A DNA stretch of 64,000 nucleotides from an uncultured Acidobacteriota bacterium (GCA_963822445.1 CAWGHO010000003.1:928001-992000), one strand, 5' to 3'. Counted from the first letter of the stretch, positions 1-9,138 are shown. Notes: a model not told the origin generated them from the sequence alone. A program made the numbers and translations.

Positions 1-2
1 CG

Positions 3-1289
3 CAAACCATCCCGCCGATTCCGCTCAAGACCCGAAGCCTCCCGAACGGACTTCGGGTCTACACCGTTCAGGATCGCTCGACGCCGACCGTGGCCATTCA
101 CGTCTGGTATCGAGTCGGCTCGAAACACGATCCCGAGGGGCGCAGCGGCTTCGCGCATCTCTTCGAGCACATCATGTTCAAGAGCACGAAGAACATGCCC
201 TCGGAGATGCTCGACCGGCTGACCGAGGACGTGGGCGGCTTCAACAACGCCACCACGCTCGATGACGCGACCGCGTATTACGAAGTCGTTCCGTCGAACT
301 ACCTCGAGACGCTGCTGTGGGCCGAAGCCGAGCGCATGGGATCGCTCAACGTCGATGATCCGGCGTTCAAGTCCGAGCGCGACGTGGTCAAGGAAGAGTT
401 CCGGTATCGCATCCTCGCGCCGCCGTACGGCCGCTTCTTCTACGCGCTGGCGAAGAACTCCTTCACGAAGCATCCGTATCGCCGGCCCGGCATCGGAAGC
501 ATCGAGGATCTCGACGCGGCGACGCTCGACGACGTCCGCTCGTTCCACTCCATGTTCTACCGCCCCGACAACGCGTTGCTGGTCGTCGTCGGCGATTTCG
601 AGCAGCCGCAGCTCGATGGGTGGATCGACAAGTACTTCGCGAACATCCCCAAACCCGACGCGCAGATGCCGAACGTGAACGTGCCCGAGCCGCCGTACGC
701 GTCGGAGCGGCGGATCACCGAATACGCGCCGAACGTGCCGCTCCCGGCGCTGGGAATGGTCTGGCAGGCCGTGCCTGCATCGCACGCCGACTCGGTTCCG
801 CTGCATGTCGCGGCGACGTTGCTGGCGGAAGGGGAGTCATCGCGCCTGCAGGAAAAACTCGTGCGCGGCGAGATCGCGCAGGAAGTCTTCGTCGACGCCG
901 ATCTTCGCGAAGACCTCGGCTTGTTCGACGCGATCGTGATCCTGGGCGGCGAGCATCAGCCGGCCGAGGCGGAGAAGATTCTGCGGAGCGAGATCGCGGC
1001 GCTGGCAGAGAAACCGGTGCCGGCCGCGGAGCTCGAGAAAGCAAAGAACCTGATTCTCACCGGCGCGCTTCGCGAGCGCGAGACGAGCAACGGCAAGGCC
1101 TTCAGCATCGGCGAGTCGCTCGTCCTCCGCAACGACGCCAATTTCATCAACACCGGCCTCGCGAAACTGCAGGCCGTGACCGCGGCGGATGTGCAGCGCG
1201 TCGTGCGCAAATACATGATCGAAGGGAAACCTCTGGTGCTGACGTATCTCGATGAATCGAAGAAGCCGGCGGCCGGAGGTGCGAAATGA
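3..1289 (+). CDS. M16 (pitrilysin/insulinase) zinc peptidase, catalytic subunit; 5' end truncated by the window
   Basis: HxxEH motif (AHLFEH) and the distal SERDVVKEE; the frame is open from position 3 (…RSLPNGLRVYTV…). Confidence 0.92.
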   Translation, partial: QTIPPIPLKTRSLPNGLRVYTVQDRSTPTVAIHVWYRVGSKHDPEGRSGFAHLFEHIMFKSTKNMPSEMLDRLTEDVGGFNNATTLDDATAYYEVVPSNYLETLLWAEAERMGSLNVDDPAFKSERDVVKEEFRYRILAPPYGRFFYALAKNSFTKHPYRRPGIGSIEDLDAATLDDVRSFHSMFYRPDNALLVVVGDFEQPQLDGWIDKYFANIPKPDAQMPNVNVPEPPYASERRITEYAPNVPLPALGMVWQAVPASHADSVPLHVAATLLAEGESSRLQEKLVRGEIAQEVFVDADLREDLGLFDAIVILGGEHQPAEAEKILRSEIAALAEKPVPAAELEKAKNLILTGALRERETSNGKAFSIGESLVLRNDANFINTGLAKLQAVTAADVQRVVRKYMIEGKPLVLTYLDESKKPAAGGAK

Positions 1290-2734
1290 AACGCGCAAGC
1301 ATCCTGATGTTGGCGCTGCTGTTCGCGTTCACTTCGGTTGCGCAGCAGACGACGCCGCCTGCGCCCTCGGCACCGCGCGATCCGAAGGTGCCGCAACCGG
1401 TCGAGAAGACTCTCGAAAACGGCCTGCGCGTGATCGTCGTTCCGAAACACGACATCCCTCTCGTCGCCGCGCGGCTGATGATCAAGACTGGTGCGGCGGC
1501 CGATCCGGCGGAACGCGATGGCCTGGCGCAGCTCACCGCGACTGTCCTCACAAAGGGAACGAAGAACCGCACCGCCGAGCAGATCGCGCGCGGCGTGGAA
1601 GCCCTCGGCGCGACGCTCGAGTCGAATGCCGGCTGGGACAGCTCCAGCATCGACATGAGCGTCATGTCGACGAACCTCGGCAACGCGATGGAGTACGTCG
1701 GCGACGTCGCGCGCAACGCCACGTTCGCGAAAGATGAATTCGATCGCGAGCGCGCGCAGATGATCGACGCGCTGCAGGTCGATCTCACCCAGCCGCGCAC
1801 GCTGGCGAGCGTCGTCGCGTCCCGACTGATCTTCGGCGAAGGTCCGTACGGCCACAACCTCGGCGGCACGCCGGCAGCGCTGGAGAAGATCAAGCGCGAA
1901 GACCTGGTGAAGTATCACGCGACGCACTACCGGCCCGACAACGCCGTGCTCGTGCTTGCGGGCGATGTTAAAGCCGATGCGGCCTTCGCCCTGGCGCAGA
2001 ACGCGTTCGGCGGATGGAAGCGCGGCACTGCGAAACCGTCGACCGCCGCGACTTCCGCGAAGCCGGCCGGCCCGCGCGTCGTCGTCATCGACATGCCCGA
2101 GGCCGGACAGGCTGGTGTCGTCGTCGGCCGTCAGGGCATCCGCCGCAGCGACCCGGCCTACATGCCGGCGCTGGTCACGAACTCGGTTCTCGGCGGCGGC
2201 TATTCGTCACGGCTCAATCAGGAGATCCGCATCAAGCGCGGTCTCAGCTACGGCGCGAACAGCTCGTTCGATCCGCGCGTCGACGTCGGCCCGTTCACCG
2301 CTCGCACGGAAACGAAGAACGAATCGGCCGCGGAGGTCGTCGGGATCGTGCTCGGTGAGATGAGCAATCTCTCCAGCGCCGACGTGTCCGAGGCGGAGCT
2401 GACGCCTCGCAAAGCCGTGCTCATCGGCGGCTTTGCGCAGTCGCTGGAGTCGACCGCGGGCATCGTCAATCGCATCTCCGCGCTGGCGTTGTACGGGCTC
2501 CCGCTCGAGGAGATCAATCGCTACGTCAGCAAGGTCCAGGCGGTCACCGCCGCGGATGTGCGCAAGTTCGCGACGTCGAATCTTGGCGGCAAGGACGTGA
2601 ACGTGGTGATCGTCGGCGATGCGAAGCAGTTCGTCGAGCCGCTCCGGAAGCAGTTCAGCGATGTCGAAGTGATTTCGGTCGCCGATCTCGACCTGTCCTC
2701 CCCGACGTTGCGGGTGCGGAAGGCGAAGAAGTAG
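1286..2734 (+). CDS. M16 peptidase, non-catalytic partner subunit (secreted)
   Basis: Signal peptide, TLENGLRV start of the fold, HxxEH replaced by QLTAT, C-terminal IRIKRGLSYG R/Y motif; ATGA overlap with the upstream gene. Confidence 0.9.
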   Translation: MKRASILMLALLFAFTSVAQQTTPPAPSAPRDPKVPQPVEKTLENGLRVIVVPKHDIPLVAARLMIKTGAAADPAERDGLAQLTATVLTKGTKNRTAEQIARGVEALGATLESNAGWDSSSIDMSVMSTNLGNAMEYVGDVARNATFAKDEFDRERAQMIDALQVDLTQPRTLASVVASRLIFGEGPYGHNLGGTPAALEKIKREDLVKYHATHYRPDNAVLVLAGDVKADAAFALAQNAFGGWKRGTAKPSTAATSAKPAGPRVVVIDMPEAGQAGVVVGRQGIRRSDPAYMPALVTNSVLGGGYSSRLNQEIRIKRGLSYGANSSFDPRVDVGPFTARTETKNESAAEVVGIVLGEMSNLSSADVSEAELTPRKAVLIGGFAQSLESTAGIVNRISALALYGLPLEEINRYVSKVQAVTAADVRKFATSNLGGKDVNVVIVGDAKQFVEPLRKQFSDVEVISVADLDLSSPTLRVRKAKK

Positions 2735-3764
2735 GAGGTCCCTCGACTGACGCTCGGGATGACACTCCGCGGCGTGTCACCAGATACGTCGCGAAGCTGC
2801 CGAGCCAGTGGCCACCTTCGTAATGTTCTCCGGTCACCGAGGCCAGGCCCGCGGTTGCGTGGGCCTGGGAGGAGGCGGTGAGCGTGGCGACGCGGGGATC
2901 GTTCGATGGTAGACCTGACGCGATGCCGTCGAGCATCCAGGCGCGGCTGAGATTCAAACCATCGAGGTGAGCGAGTTTCGGATCGGTCGGATCGGTCACG
3001 ATTGCCGGAGTCAGGGTCATCTTCGGCATGAAGCCGGTCAACCAGCGCGCGAACTCCTTCGGCGGAAGCACGCGCCGCATCGCATCCGCCTCGGCCAGGC
3101 ACGGCGAGAGGAAGTCTTCGCCCGACGGCTCGTAGGCGAGCGGGCAGTTACGGTCCTTCGCGTAGAACGCGGCGGCACGCTCGCGCATCAGCTTTCTGAA
3201 TGCGTCATCCGCAGTGGAATCGAGCATCAGACCAAGCGCGAACGCGGTCTGGCTGTGCTCGCCGGAGCGCACCGGATGGGAAAGTTTCGGCAGCCAGGTG
3301 CGCAGACGCTCCACCGCCGCGTCCTCGAGCGGCTTGATCATCGCGTACAGCGGATCGTTCGCCTCGCGCAATTCACCGGCGAGTTGCAGAAGCCACGCGA
3401 GTCCGTACGGCCGCTCGAAGCTGGCCCGCCCGGCGCCGTTCAGATACGCCACTTCCGCGGCGATGTTCTCGTTGGTGATGCTCTTTTCGAGCGCGGCGCG
3501 CGCCTTCGGGGCAAACGGCGCATCGGGCGACAACCGCGCCAGACGCGCGAGCAGCCAATGGCCGTGAACGGAGGAGTGCCAGTCGTAGCAACCGTAAAAG
3601 GCCGGCGTGAGCACGCGCGGCGGCTGCGCGTCCTTGTCGGACTGCAGCACGTGCGCGATCTTGTTGGGATACTCCTTGTGCACGCAGGCGAGGGCGAGGC
3701 TCGCGAATCGCTCCGCCGCTTGCGGGTCGAGCGAGAGCGTGGCGGCGAGGAGAAGCGCCTTCAT
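2655..3764 (-). CDS. DUF2891-family protein
   Basis: PAFYGCYDWHSSVHGHW, FERPYG, HLDGLNLSRAW and HWLGSFA motifs; about 35 extra C-terminal residues overlap the convergent gene. Confidence 0.85.
   Translation of the reverse strand: MKALLLAATLSLDPQAAERFASLALACVHKEYPNKIAHVLQSDKDAQPPRVLTPAFYGCYDWHSSVHGHWLLARLARLSPDAPFAPKARAALEKSITNENIAAEVAYLNGAGRASFERPYGLAWLLQLAGELREANDPLYAMIKPLEDAAVERLRTWLPKLSHPVRSGEHSQTAFALGLMLDSTADDAFRKLMRERAAAFYAKDRNCPLAYEPSGEDFLSPCLAEADAMRRVLPPKEFARWLTGFMPKMTLTPAIVTDPTDPKLAHLDGLNLSRAWMLDGIASGLPSNDPRVATLTASSQAHATAGLASVTGEHYEGGHWLGSFATYLVTRRGVSSRASVEGPPTSSPSAPATSGRTGRDRRPKSLRHR
2736..2764. repeat. Single arm of a REP-like element (TGTCATCCCGAGCG…GTCGAGGGACCT on the minus strand)
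   Basis: Sits exactly between the convergent gene ends and resembles GTCATCCYGAGC-type repeats; only one copy in the window. Confidence 0.5.
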
Positions 3765-3766
3765 CG

Positions 3767-3922
3767 CTAGCGCATCTGCAGAATCACCCAGACGACCAGC
3801 GCGATGGCCACCACGACGATGATGCCGATCGTGATCGCGGTTCCCTTCGTGCTGCTCGCGCTGACGGTCTCCGTGATGACGCGCCGCGAGACCATGTCTT
3901 CGTTTTCATCTGGTTCAGGCAT
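3767..3922 (-). CDS. Small (about 51 aa) membrane protein with a C-terminal TM helix
   Basis: Acidic N-terminus then ITIGIIVVVAIALVVWVIL; start chosen downstream of the sigma54-type motif. Confidence 0.65.
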   Translation of the reverse strand: MPEPDENEDMVSRRVITETVSASSTKGTAITIGIIVVVAIALVVWVILQMR

Positions 3923-5087
3923 GTTCAGCGGTCTCAGCAACGTCGGTGCCACGGACCAATCGCCGCGATGTGACCGCGAAGATGGGGATGCACAAGCAGC
4001 TCAGTGCGGCGGCGATGTAGAAGGCGATGCCGAGGCCCCATCGCTGGCCGATTGCTCCCGTTGCCGCGGAGCCGATTCCGATTCCGGTGTCGAAGGCCCA
4101 GATCACACTGCCGAACGTTCGCGCGCGATTCGCGGGATTGCTGTGCGTCACGACGAAGGTCATGAACGCGGGAAACGACGCGCCCATCCCCGCGCCGAAC
4201 AGAATCGCGGAAATGACCAGTTCCGTGCGGGTTCGCGAGTAGGCGAGGAGGGCGTACGCGATCGGCATCAGCGCAAAGGCGGGATAGAGAAATGCGCGTG
4301 TGGAAACGCGATCGCCGATTCGCGAGAAGAAGATGCGGACGAAGATCGTCGAGATCGCGAAGACCGTGAAGAAGATCGACTCCGGCTTGATGCCGCGCTC
4401 GCGCGAAAGGATCGTCACGTAACTCGTGACGCCGCCGTGGCCGAACGCAACCATTGCCAGTGAGAGCGTAGTCGCCACGACCTTCCAGTCCCACCACGAC
4501 CTCATGCGGGGCATGGCCTGCGAGCCGCGTTTGTCGTCCGCCGGCAGCCGCGAGGCCCACACGGCGGTAATTGCGGAGATCACCGCCAGCTCGACGCAGA
4601 GCACGAACCAGCCGAATTCGTAGACATACAAGCCGACCGCTGGAGCGAGCGCTATCGCCGCGGTCGGGGCCAGACCCCAGTAGGCGAGGCCTTCCGTTCG
4701 CCGCGCGCTGGGGATGAAGTCGGTCATGATCGCGCCGGCAGCGGAGAGGATCGCCGACCAGAGTGTGCCGTGCACGACGCCGATCATCAGCACCAGCGGC
4801 AGCCAGGACACGACGGCGTATCCGAGCGAGAAGAGGATGAAGAGGACCGAGGCGATGACGAGCATCCGCCGGCGGCCGGTGTGATCGGCGATGGTGCCCA
4901 TGATCGGCGCCGCGAACGCGCTGGCGATGGTGTAGGCCGTCAGGAAGAGGCCCGCCGCTGCTTTGCTTCCGCCGAGGGAGATGATCCGGAGCGGGATGAC
5001 CGGGAGAAGTTGAAAGACGGAGAAGAACGTCAGGAATTGAAACGTCCAGAGTGCGAGAAAACGGGGGGTGAAGAGGCGTTCCGGCAA
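3915..5087 (-). CDS. MFS transporter
   Basis: About 12 hydrophobic segments; motif A GTIADHTGRRR. Confidence 0.9.
   Translation of the reverse strand: MPERLFTPRFLALWTFQFLTFFSVFQLLPVIPLRIISLGGSKAAAGLFLTAYTIASAFAAPIMGTIADHTGRRRMLVIASVLFILFSLGYAVVSWLPLVLMIGVVHGTLWSAILSAAGAIMTDFIPSARRTEGLAYWGLAPTAAIALAPAVGLYVYEFGWFVLCVELAVISAITAVWASRLPADDKRGSQAMPRMRSWWDWKVVATTLSLAMVAFGHGGVTSYVTILSRERGIKPESIFFTVFAISTIFVRIFFSRIGDRVSTRAFLYPAFALMPIAYALLAYSRTRTELVISAILFGAGMGASFPAFMTFVVTHSNPANRARTFGSVIWAFDTGIGIGSAATGAIGQRWGLGIAFYIAAALSCLCIPIFAVTSRRLVRGTDVAETAEHA
3936..3951 (-). promoter_or_regulatory. sigma54-type -24/-12 promoter
   Basis: TGGCAC-CGACG-TTGCT, a consensus match located inside the 3' end of the MFS gene. 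Confidence 0.7.
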
Positions 5088-5129
5088 GCCCGCGGATTGT
5101 ATGCGCCGTCTGGTATGTTCCCCACCCCG

Positions 5130-5972
5130 ATGAAAGTGAAGCGCGCAGCAAAGTACGGATTCTGTTCAGGCGTCCGCATCGCCGACCTGAAGGTGAAGCG
5201 ATTCGCCGCCGGCGGCGGCCGCGGAGCAATCCTCGGCCAGGTCGTCCATAACGAGCGCGTCGTCGAGGAGATGGAAAAGCTCGGCGTGCGCACCATCGAC
5301 ACCATCGAGGCCGTGGCTGAGCCGACCATCGTCTTTTCCGCGCATGGCGTCCCGCCGTCCTTTCATGATCGCGCCCGGACCAGCGGCCTGCAGATCCTCG
5401 ACACGACCTGCAAGTTCGTCTACGACATCCATCGCGAGGCCAAAAAGGCCCTTGAGGACGGGTTTCACCTCGTTTTCATGGGCGACCCGAAGCACCGCGA
5501 GGTCATCGGTTATACGAACGACCTCGATCCCTCGACGTATCACATCATCTCCAGAACTCAGGACGCGGAGTCGATCGACTGGTCGCCGTACAAGGCGATC
5601 AAGATCTTCTACCAGACCACTCTGAACGCCGAGGACTTCGAGGACGTGGTGCGGGCCATCGAGCGGCGTGCGGCGCGCGTCGAGCGTGGCGACACGATCT
5701 GCTACGCGACGAAGGAGAACCAGGACGCGGCGCGGGTCCTTGCGGAAGATCCGGAAGTCGACGTGATTCTGGTCATCGGCGGCAAGAAGAGCGCGAACAC
5801 CAAGCACCTCTGGGAGATCTGCCGGGAGACCAAGCCGGCGTATCTGATTCAGGGGGCTGACGATATCGATCCCGCCTGGCTGGCGAGCGCGGCCGTGGTC
5901 GGCGTCACGGCAGGCTCCTCGACGCCCGATTACGTCATCGACGAGGTCGAGCAATCCCTCGCGAAACTTTGA
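5130..5972 (+). CDS. ispH: 4-hydroxy-3-methylbut-2-enyl diphosphate reductase
   Basis: Three Fe-S cysteines (GFCSGV, DTTCKFV, DTICYAT) plus VHN, AHG, QTT and TAGSSTPD motifs. Confidence 0.95.
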   Translation: MKVKRAAKYGFCSGVRIADLKVKRFAAGGGRGAILGQVVHNERVVEEMEKLGVRTIDTIEAVAEPTIVFSAHGVPPSFHDRARTSGLQILDTTCKFVYDIHREAKKALEDGFHLVFMGDPKHREVIGYTNDLDPSTYHIISRTQDAESIDWSPYKAIKIFYQTTLNAEDFEDVVRAIERRAARVERGDTICYATKENQDAARVLAEDPEVDVILVIGGKKSANTKHLWEICRETKPAYLIQGADDIDPAWLASAAVVGVTAGSSTPDYVIDEVEQSLAKL

Positions 5973-6007
5973 ATAACTTCCAGCCGTCCACTGTTTTGAG
6001 AGCGCAC

Positions 6008-6787
6008 ATGAAAAAGACCAGCCGAGCCCTTGCCCTGTCCTTAGTCATGGTCGCGTCCGCTTCGGCGTTCGCGGATGGTACGGAAGAGCTGCGCTATTCG
6101 TGGCGGCTGCGGGGCGGCGTTCGTTTTCTGGCAGGTCTGGTCTTTCCGACGAACGGCGTGGGCAACCTCCGCACGACTGCGCCGGTCAACGGCGGGCACA
6201 CCATTCAGAGCGAGCTGCTGATCACCGCGCCCACGGGCAAGGACGGCGGCTACTACGCGTACGAGTCGGAGATCGACGAGCGCGGGGCGAAGACGCTGAT
6301 GACGTATCACGGCTACGCCTGGGGCAAGAAGGCGCGGCACGAGCGGACGATCTTCGACTACGTGAAGCGCCTGGCGCGCATCCGCAAGCAGACGCCGGAA
6401 GAGATCGAGAACAAGGTCAAGAAACTCCCGGATGGCGACGAGCAGATGCGCGACGTCCTCACGGCGATCTACTTCATGCGCCAGAACGCGCAGTCGATCA
6501 AAGGACCGATGCAGACGCGGATCTACTCGGATGGCAAGGAGTACCCGGTGATCCTGCGTCCCGGCGAGCGGAAGAGCTTCGTCATCGCCGGCAAGCAGTC
6601 GACCGCGACCGCTTACGAGATCGTCGACGCGCCGGGCGGCAAGAAGTGGCCGGGCGGCGTGAAGGTGTGGCTCACCGACGACGCGCGGCGCCTGCCGGTG
6701 CGGATCGAGATCCAACAGAGCATGGCCTCGCTGCAGCTCGATCTTCAGGCGATCGTGGGGCCGCCGGTCATGATCGCGGCGCGCTGA
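6008..6787 (+). CDS. Secreted DUF3108-like protein
   Basis: Signal peptide; EELRY N-terminus, DVLTAIYFMR and VWLTDDARRLPVRI C-terminal pattern. Confidence 0.7.
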   Translation: MKKTSRALALSLVMVASASAFADGTEELRYSWRLRGGVRFLAGLVFPTNGVGNLRTTAPVNGGHTIQSELLITAPTGKDGGYYAYESEIDERGAKTLMTYHGYAWGKKARHERTIFDYVKRLARIRKQTPEEIENKVKKLPDGDEQMRDVLTAIYFMRQNAQSIKGPMQTRIYSDGKEYPVILRPGERKSFVIAGKQSTATAYEIVDAPGGKKWPGGVKVWLTDDARRLPVRIEIQQSMASLQLDLQAIVGPPVMIAAR

Positions 6788-7014
6788 ACGCGCTGCTCAG
6801 TGACGAGGTATGAGGTATGAGGTATGAGGTATGAGTAAGCGCTAGCGCGCTTTTAACTCATCACTCGTCACTCATCACTGAGTTACGCCGTTAGTCGCTG
6901 CGCGCTGAACGCGCGCCGCTCAGTGACGAGGTATGAAGTACGAGGTATGAGTAAGCGCTTGCGCGCTTTTACTCATCACTCATTACTCATCACTCATCAC
7001 TGGGTTTACGCCGT
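6781..7014. repeat. Tandem duplication (about 121 bp period) of a heptamer-repeat hairpin
   Basis: Two copies of CTCAGTGA-(TGAGGTA)n-AAGCGC..GCGCTT-(CTCATCA)n-CTG at 6781-6891 and 6902-7014. Confidence 0.9.
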
Positions 7015-7425
7015 CACATCTTTCGGCGCCGCGATCGGCGTTCCAAGCCCGCAGAACAACCCCACCAGGTCGAGCAGCTCTGCGACGTGGAAGGGTTTTT
7101 CCAGGACGACGCTCGGCTTGAGGTCTTCGTCGGCGGGCTCGAGCTTGTAGCCGGTGATGATGATGACCGGCGATTCCTTGCTCTTGCCGCGGAACCAGCG
7201 GAGCCACTGCCGGCCGTCCATACGGGGCATGGCCAGGTCGAGGATGACCAGCTGGATGTCGGGGTTCTGATCGACGAGGGGCATGGCCTGCTCGCCGTCG
7301 TTCGCGTAGAGCACCTCGAAGCCGTAGGGCGTGAGCACCTCGCGGTAAAAGCCAACCAGCTTCTCGTCATCGTCGATGACCAGCAGCTTGCGAAGCTTGA
7401 AGGGGGTCCGCTTGGCTCGAATCAA
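7006..7425 (-). CDS. Stand-alone response regulator receiver (CheY-like)
   Basis: LLVIDDD, ILDLAMP, ITG and EKPF; TTG start with GGAG upstream. Confidence 0.88.
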   Translation of the reverse strand: MIRAKRTPFKLRKLLVIDDDEKLVGFYREVLTPYGFEVLYANDGEQAMPLVDQNPDIQLVILDLAMPRMDGRQWLRWFRGKSKESPVIIITGYKLEPADEDLKPSVVLEKPFHVAELLDLVGLFCGLGTPIAAPKDVTA

Positions 7426-7464
7426 ATCAGGTACTCCAGTCGTGGCGCGATCCGAAGCGGGCAC

Positions 7465-7480
7465 TGCAAGGGTTACGCCG
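7465..7480 (-). promoter_or_regulatory. sigma54-type -24/-12 promoter
   Basis: CGGCGT-AACCC-TTGCA (GG-N10-GC), about 40 nt upstream of the receiver gene. Confidence 0.6.
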
Positions 7481-7486
7481 GACGTC

Positions 7487-7573
7487 GCGGGCAGCGGGCA
7501 GTGGGCCGCGGGCAGTGGATCGAGGCTCTGCCCGCTGCGAGCGCCGCAGGCGCGCACTGCCCGCTGCCCGCTG
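7487..7573. repeat. Heptamer tandem-repeat hairpin
   Basis: (GCGGGCA/GTGGGCA)n left arm and (TGCCCGC)n right arm, intergenic. Confidence 0.8.
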
Positions 7574-7575
7574 AA

Positions 7576-8667
7576 TTACCGGCTCTCGCTCATCGGCGGC
7601 ACGACATCCGTCGGCACGGACGTTTGCCGCGTTTCGGTCTCGCGCGGCAGCAGGCGGAACCGGGAGGGGTCGTAACTGAGGGCCAGCAGTCGCCCTTTGT
7701 GCACGTTCGCGTCGGCGGGGAGCTCGATCCGAAGGGAGATTGCGCCGCTGAGCAGGCCGCGGGCGATCCAGCGGCCATTGGCGAAGCCCGCTTCTTCCAC
7801 GCCGAAGACCAGATCCGAGTCTTCGCCCGGTTTGGTCTGCGTGAAATCCGTTGGGCGGACCAGCGCCACGCCATTGCCCTGGAATGGCGCCTCCTTCACT
7901 TCCCAGAAGCCGATGACCGACTCGACGGAGTTGCCGCGGATCGTGATCGGGATCAGGTCGAACTCGCCCGTTGCCACCGCGGCGGCGTCGTTGATCGGAT
8001 TCGCGAAAATCTCCGCCGCTCCGCCGCTCTGCACGACCCGGCCCTGATCGAGCACGACGATGCGATCGGTGAACGCCAGCTCATCGCGCGCGCTGGGGGC
8101 GAAGATGACCGTCGTGCCCATGACCCGCAGCGTGCGGTAGAACGCGTCGGCGATGCGATCCCGCGACGAGGCTGATACGCCCTCGAGCAAGCGATCGGCG
8201 ACGAGAATCCCCGGTTTGAGCAACTCGACCCGTGCACACTGCACGCGTGTCCGCTCGGTCGACGACAGCGAATCGATGCGCCGTTCGAGCAATGTCTCCA
8301 GCCGCCACGCCTGCGCGGCCAGCGCGTAATCGCGATGGCGGTCTTCGCGATCGAGCGTGCGCGTGCGGACGGCGGCCACGAGCGCATGCTGCACGCTCCA
8401 GCGGCCGGGGATGTCGAGCTCAGACGTCGCGTAGAGCAGCGGACGTCGCGCGGGCTTGAGATCGTTGACGACGCGCGCGCCGATGACGATCTCGCCCGAT
8501 CGAGGTTTGAGCGTCCCCGCGATCAGCTTCAGCAGCGTCGAGGCGCCGCACGCCGGCGCGCCGACGATCGCCGAATGCGAGCTGCGAGGAAACAGCGCGT
8601 TGACGCCGCTGAGCACAAGCTCGCGGTCGTATCCGAACGCGAGGTTCCGTAGCGCGACGTCCAGCAC
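7576..8667 (-). CDS. MalK/PotA-like ABC ATP-binding protein with degenerate catalytic motifs
   Basis: ABC fold pattern (SGEIVIG, DRIVVLDQGRVVQSG) and a TOBE-like tail, but Walker A is GAPACGAST, the signature is LSSTE and Walker B is ILVADR. Confidence 0.8.
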   Translation of the reverse strand: MLDVALRNLAFGYDRELVLSGVNALFPRSSHSAIVGAPACGASTLLKLIAGTLKPRSGEIVIGARVVNDLKPARRPLLYATSELDIPGRWSVQHALVAAVRTRTLDREDRHRDYALAAQAWRLETLLERRIDSLSSTERTRVQCARVELLKPGILVADRLLEGVSASSRDRIADAFYRTLRVMGTTVIFAPSARDELAFTDRIVVLDQGRVVQSGGAAEIFANPINDAAAVATGEFDLIPITIRGNSVESVIGFWEVKEAPFQGNGVALVRPTDFTQTKPGEDSDLVFGVEEAGFANGRWIARGLLSGAISLRIELPADANVHKGRLLALSYDPSRFRLLPRETETRQTSVPTDVVPPMSESR

Positions 8668-8676
8668 GCCGCGATT

Positions 8677-9138
8677 CTAGTTGGGCCGGCGTCCGGGAGG
8701 CGGACGCTTCGGACCAGGCCGCCCATCCATCGGCCGGTCCCGCTCCATCCGATCGAGGTGCTGCCGCAGCCGGTTCCACTGCGCTTCATTCAGAACACCG
8801 CGCATGTCGACGAGCATCATCAGCTCGCGCTCGAACAGCCGGCCGCGAGCGGTGTTCAATTCACCGGCAATCCGCTGGATGTCGGCGCGGCGCAGCACCG
8901 GTCGATCGATCTCGCCGCGCAGCCTGATCTGCAGTTTCTCGACAGCGGCCTTGGCGTCGATCAGACCGTCCGACGCATCGCGGAACACTTCGTCGAGCCG
9001 GTCCTGCTGGTCGGCGGTGAGCTCGAGGTTCTGCGCCACTTCCGCCCGACGCCACCATTTTCCGGGGGGAAGGTGCTGCGCTTCGGCAATGCCCGCCGCG
9101 AGCAGAAGCGCCGCGGCGATGAGGAAACGACGGGTCAT
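8677..9138 (-). CDS. Periplasmic Spy/CpxP/heavy-metal-sensor-like helical protein
   Basis: Signal peptide, GKWW, and LTxxQ-type motifs LELTADQ and VLNEAQW. Confidence 0.8.
   Translation of the reverse strand: MTRRFLIAAALLLAAGIAEAQHLPPGKWWRRAEVAQNLELTADQQDRLDEVFRDASDGLIDAKAAVEKLQIRLRGEIDRPVLRRADIQRIAGELNTARGRLFERELMMLVDMRGVLNEAQWNRLRQHLDRMERDRPMDGRPGPKRPPPGRRPN

Noticed and set aside
4770-5129. N-terminal extension of IspH in the ORF track (similarly 14410-14565 for the MCP, 25798-25971 and 53178-53657)
   Set aside because: These extensions overlap other genes or terminators; family homology, RBS or -10 boxes support the later starts
6781-7014. Possible CRISPR array
   Set aside because: Microsatellite-like units without unique spacers, only two large copies and no cas genes
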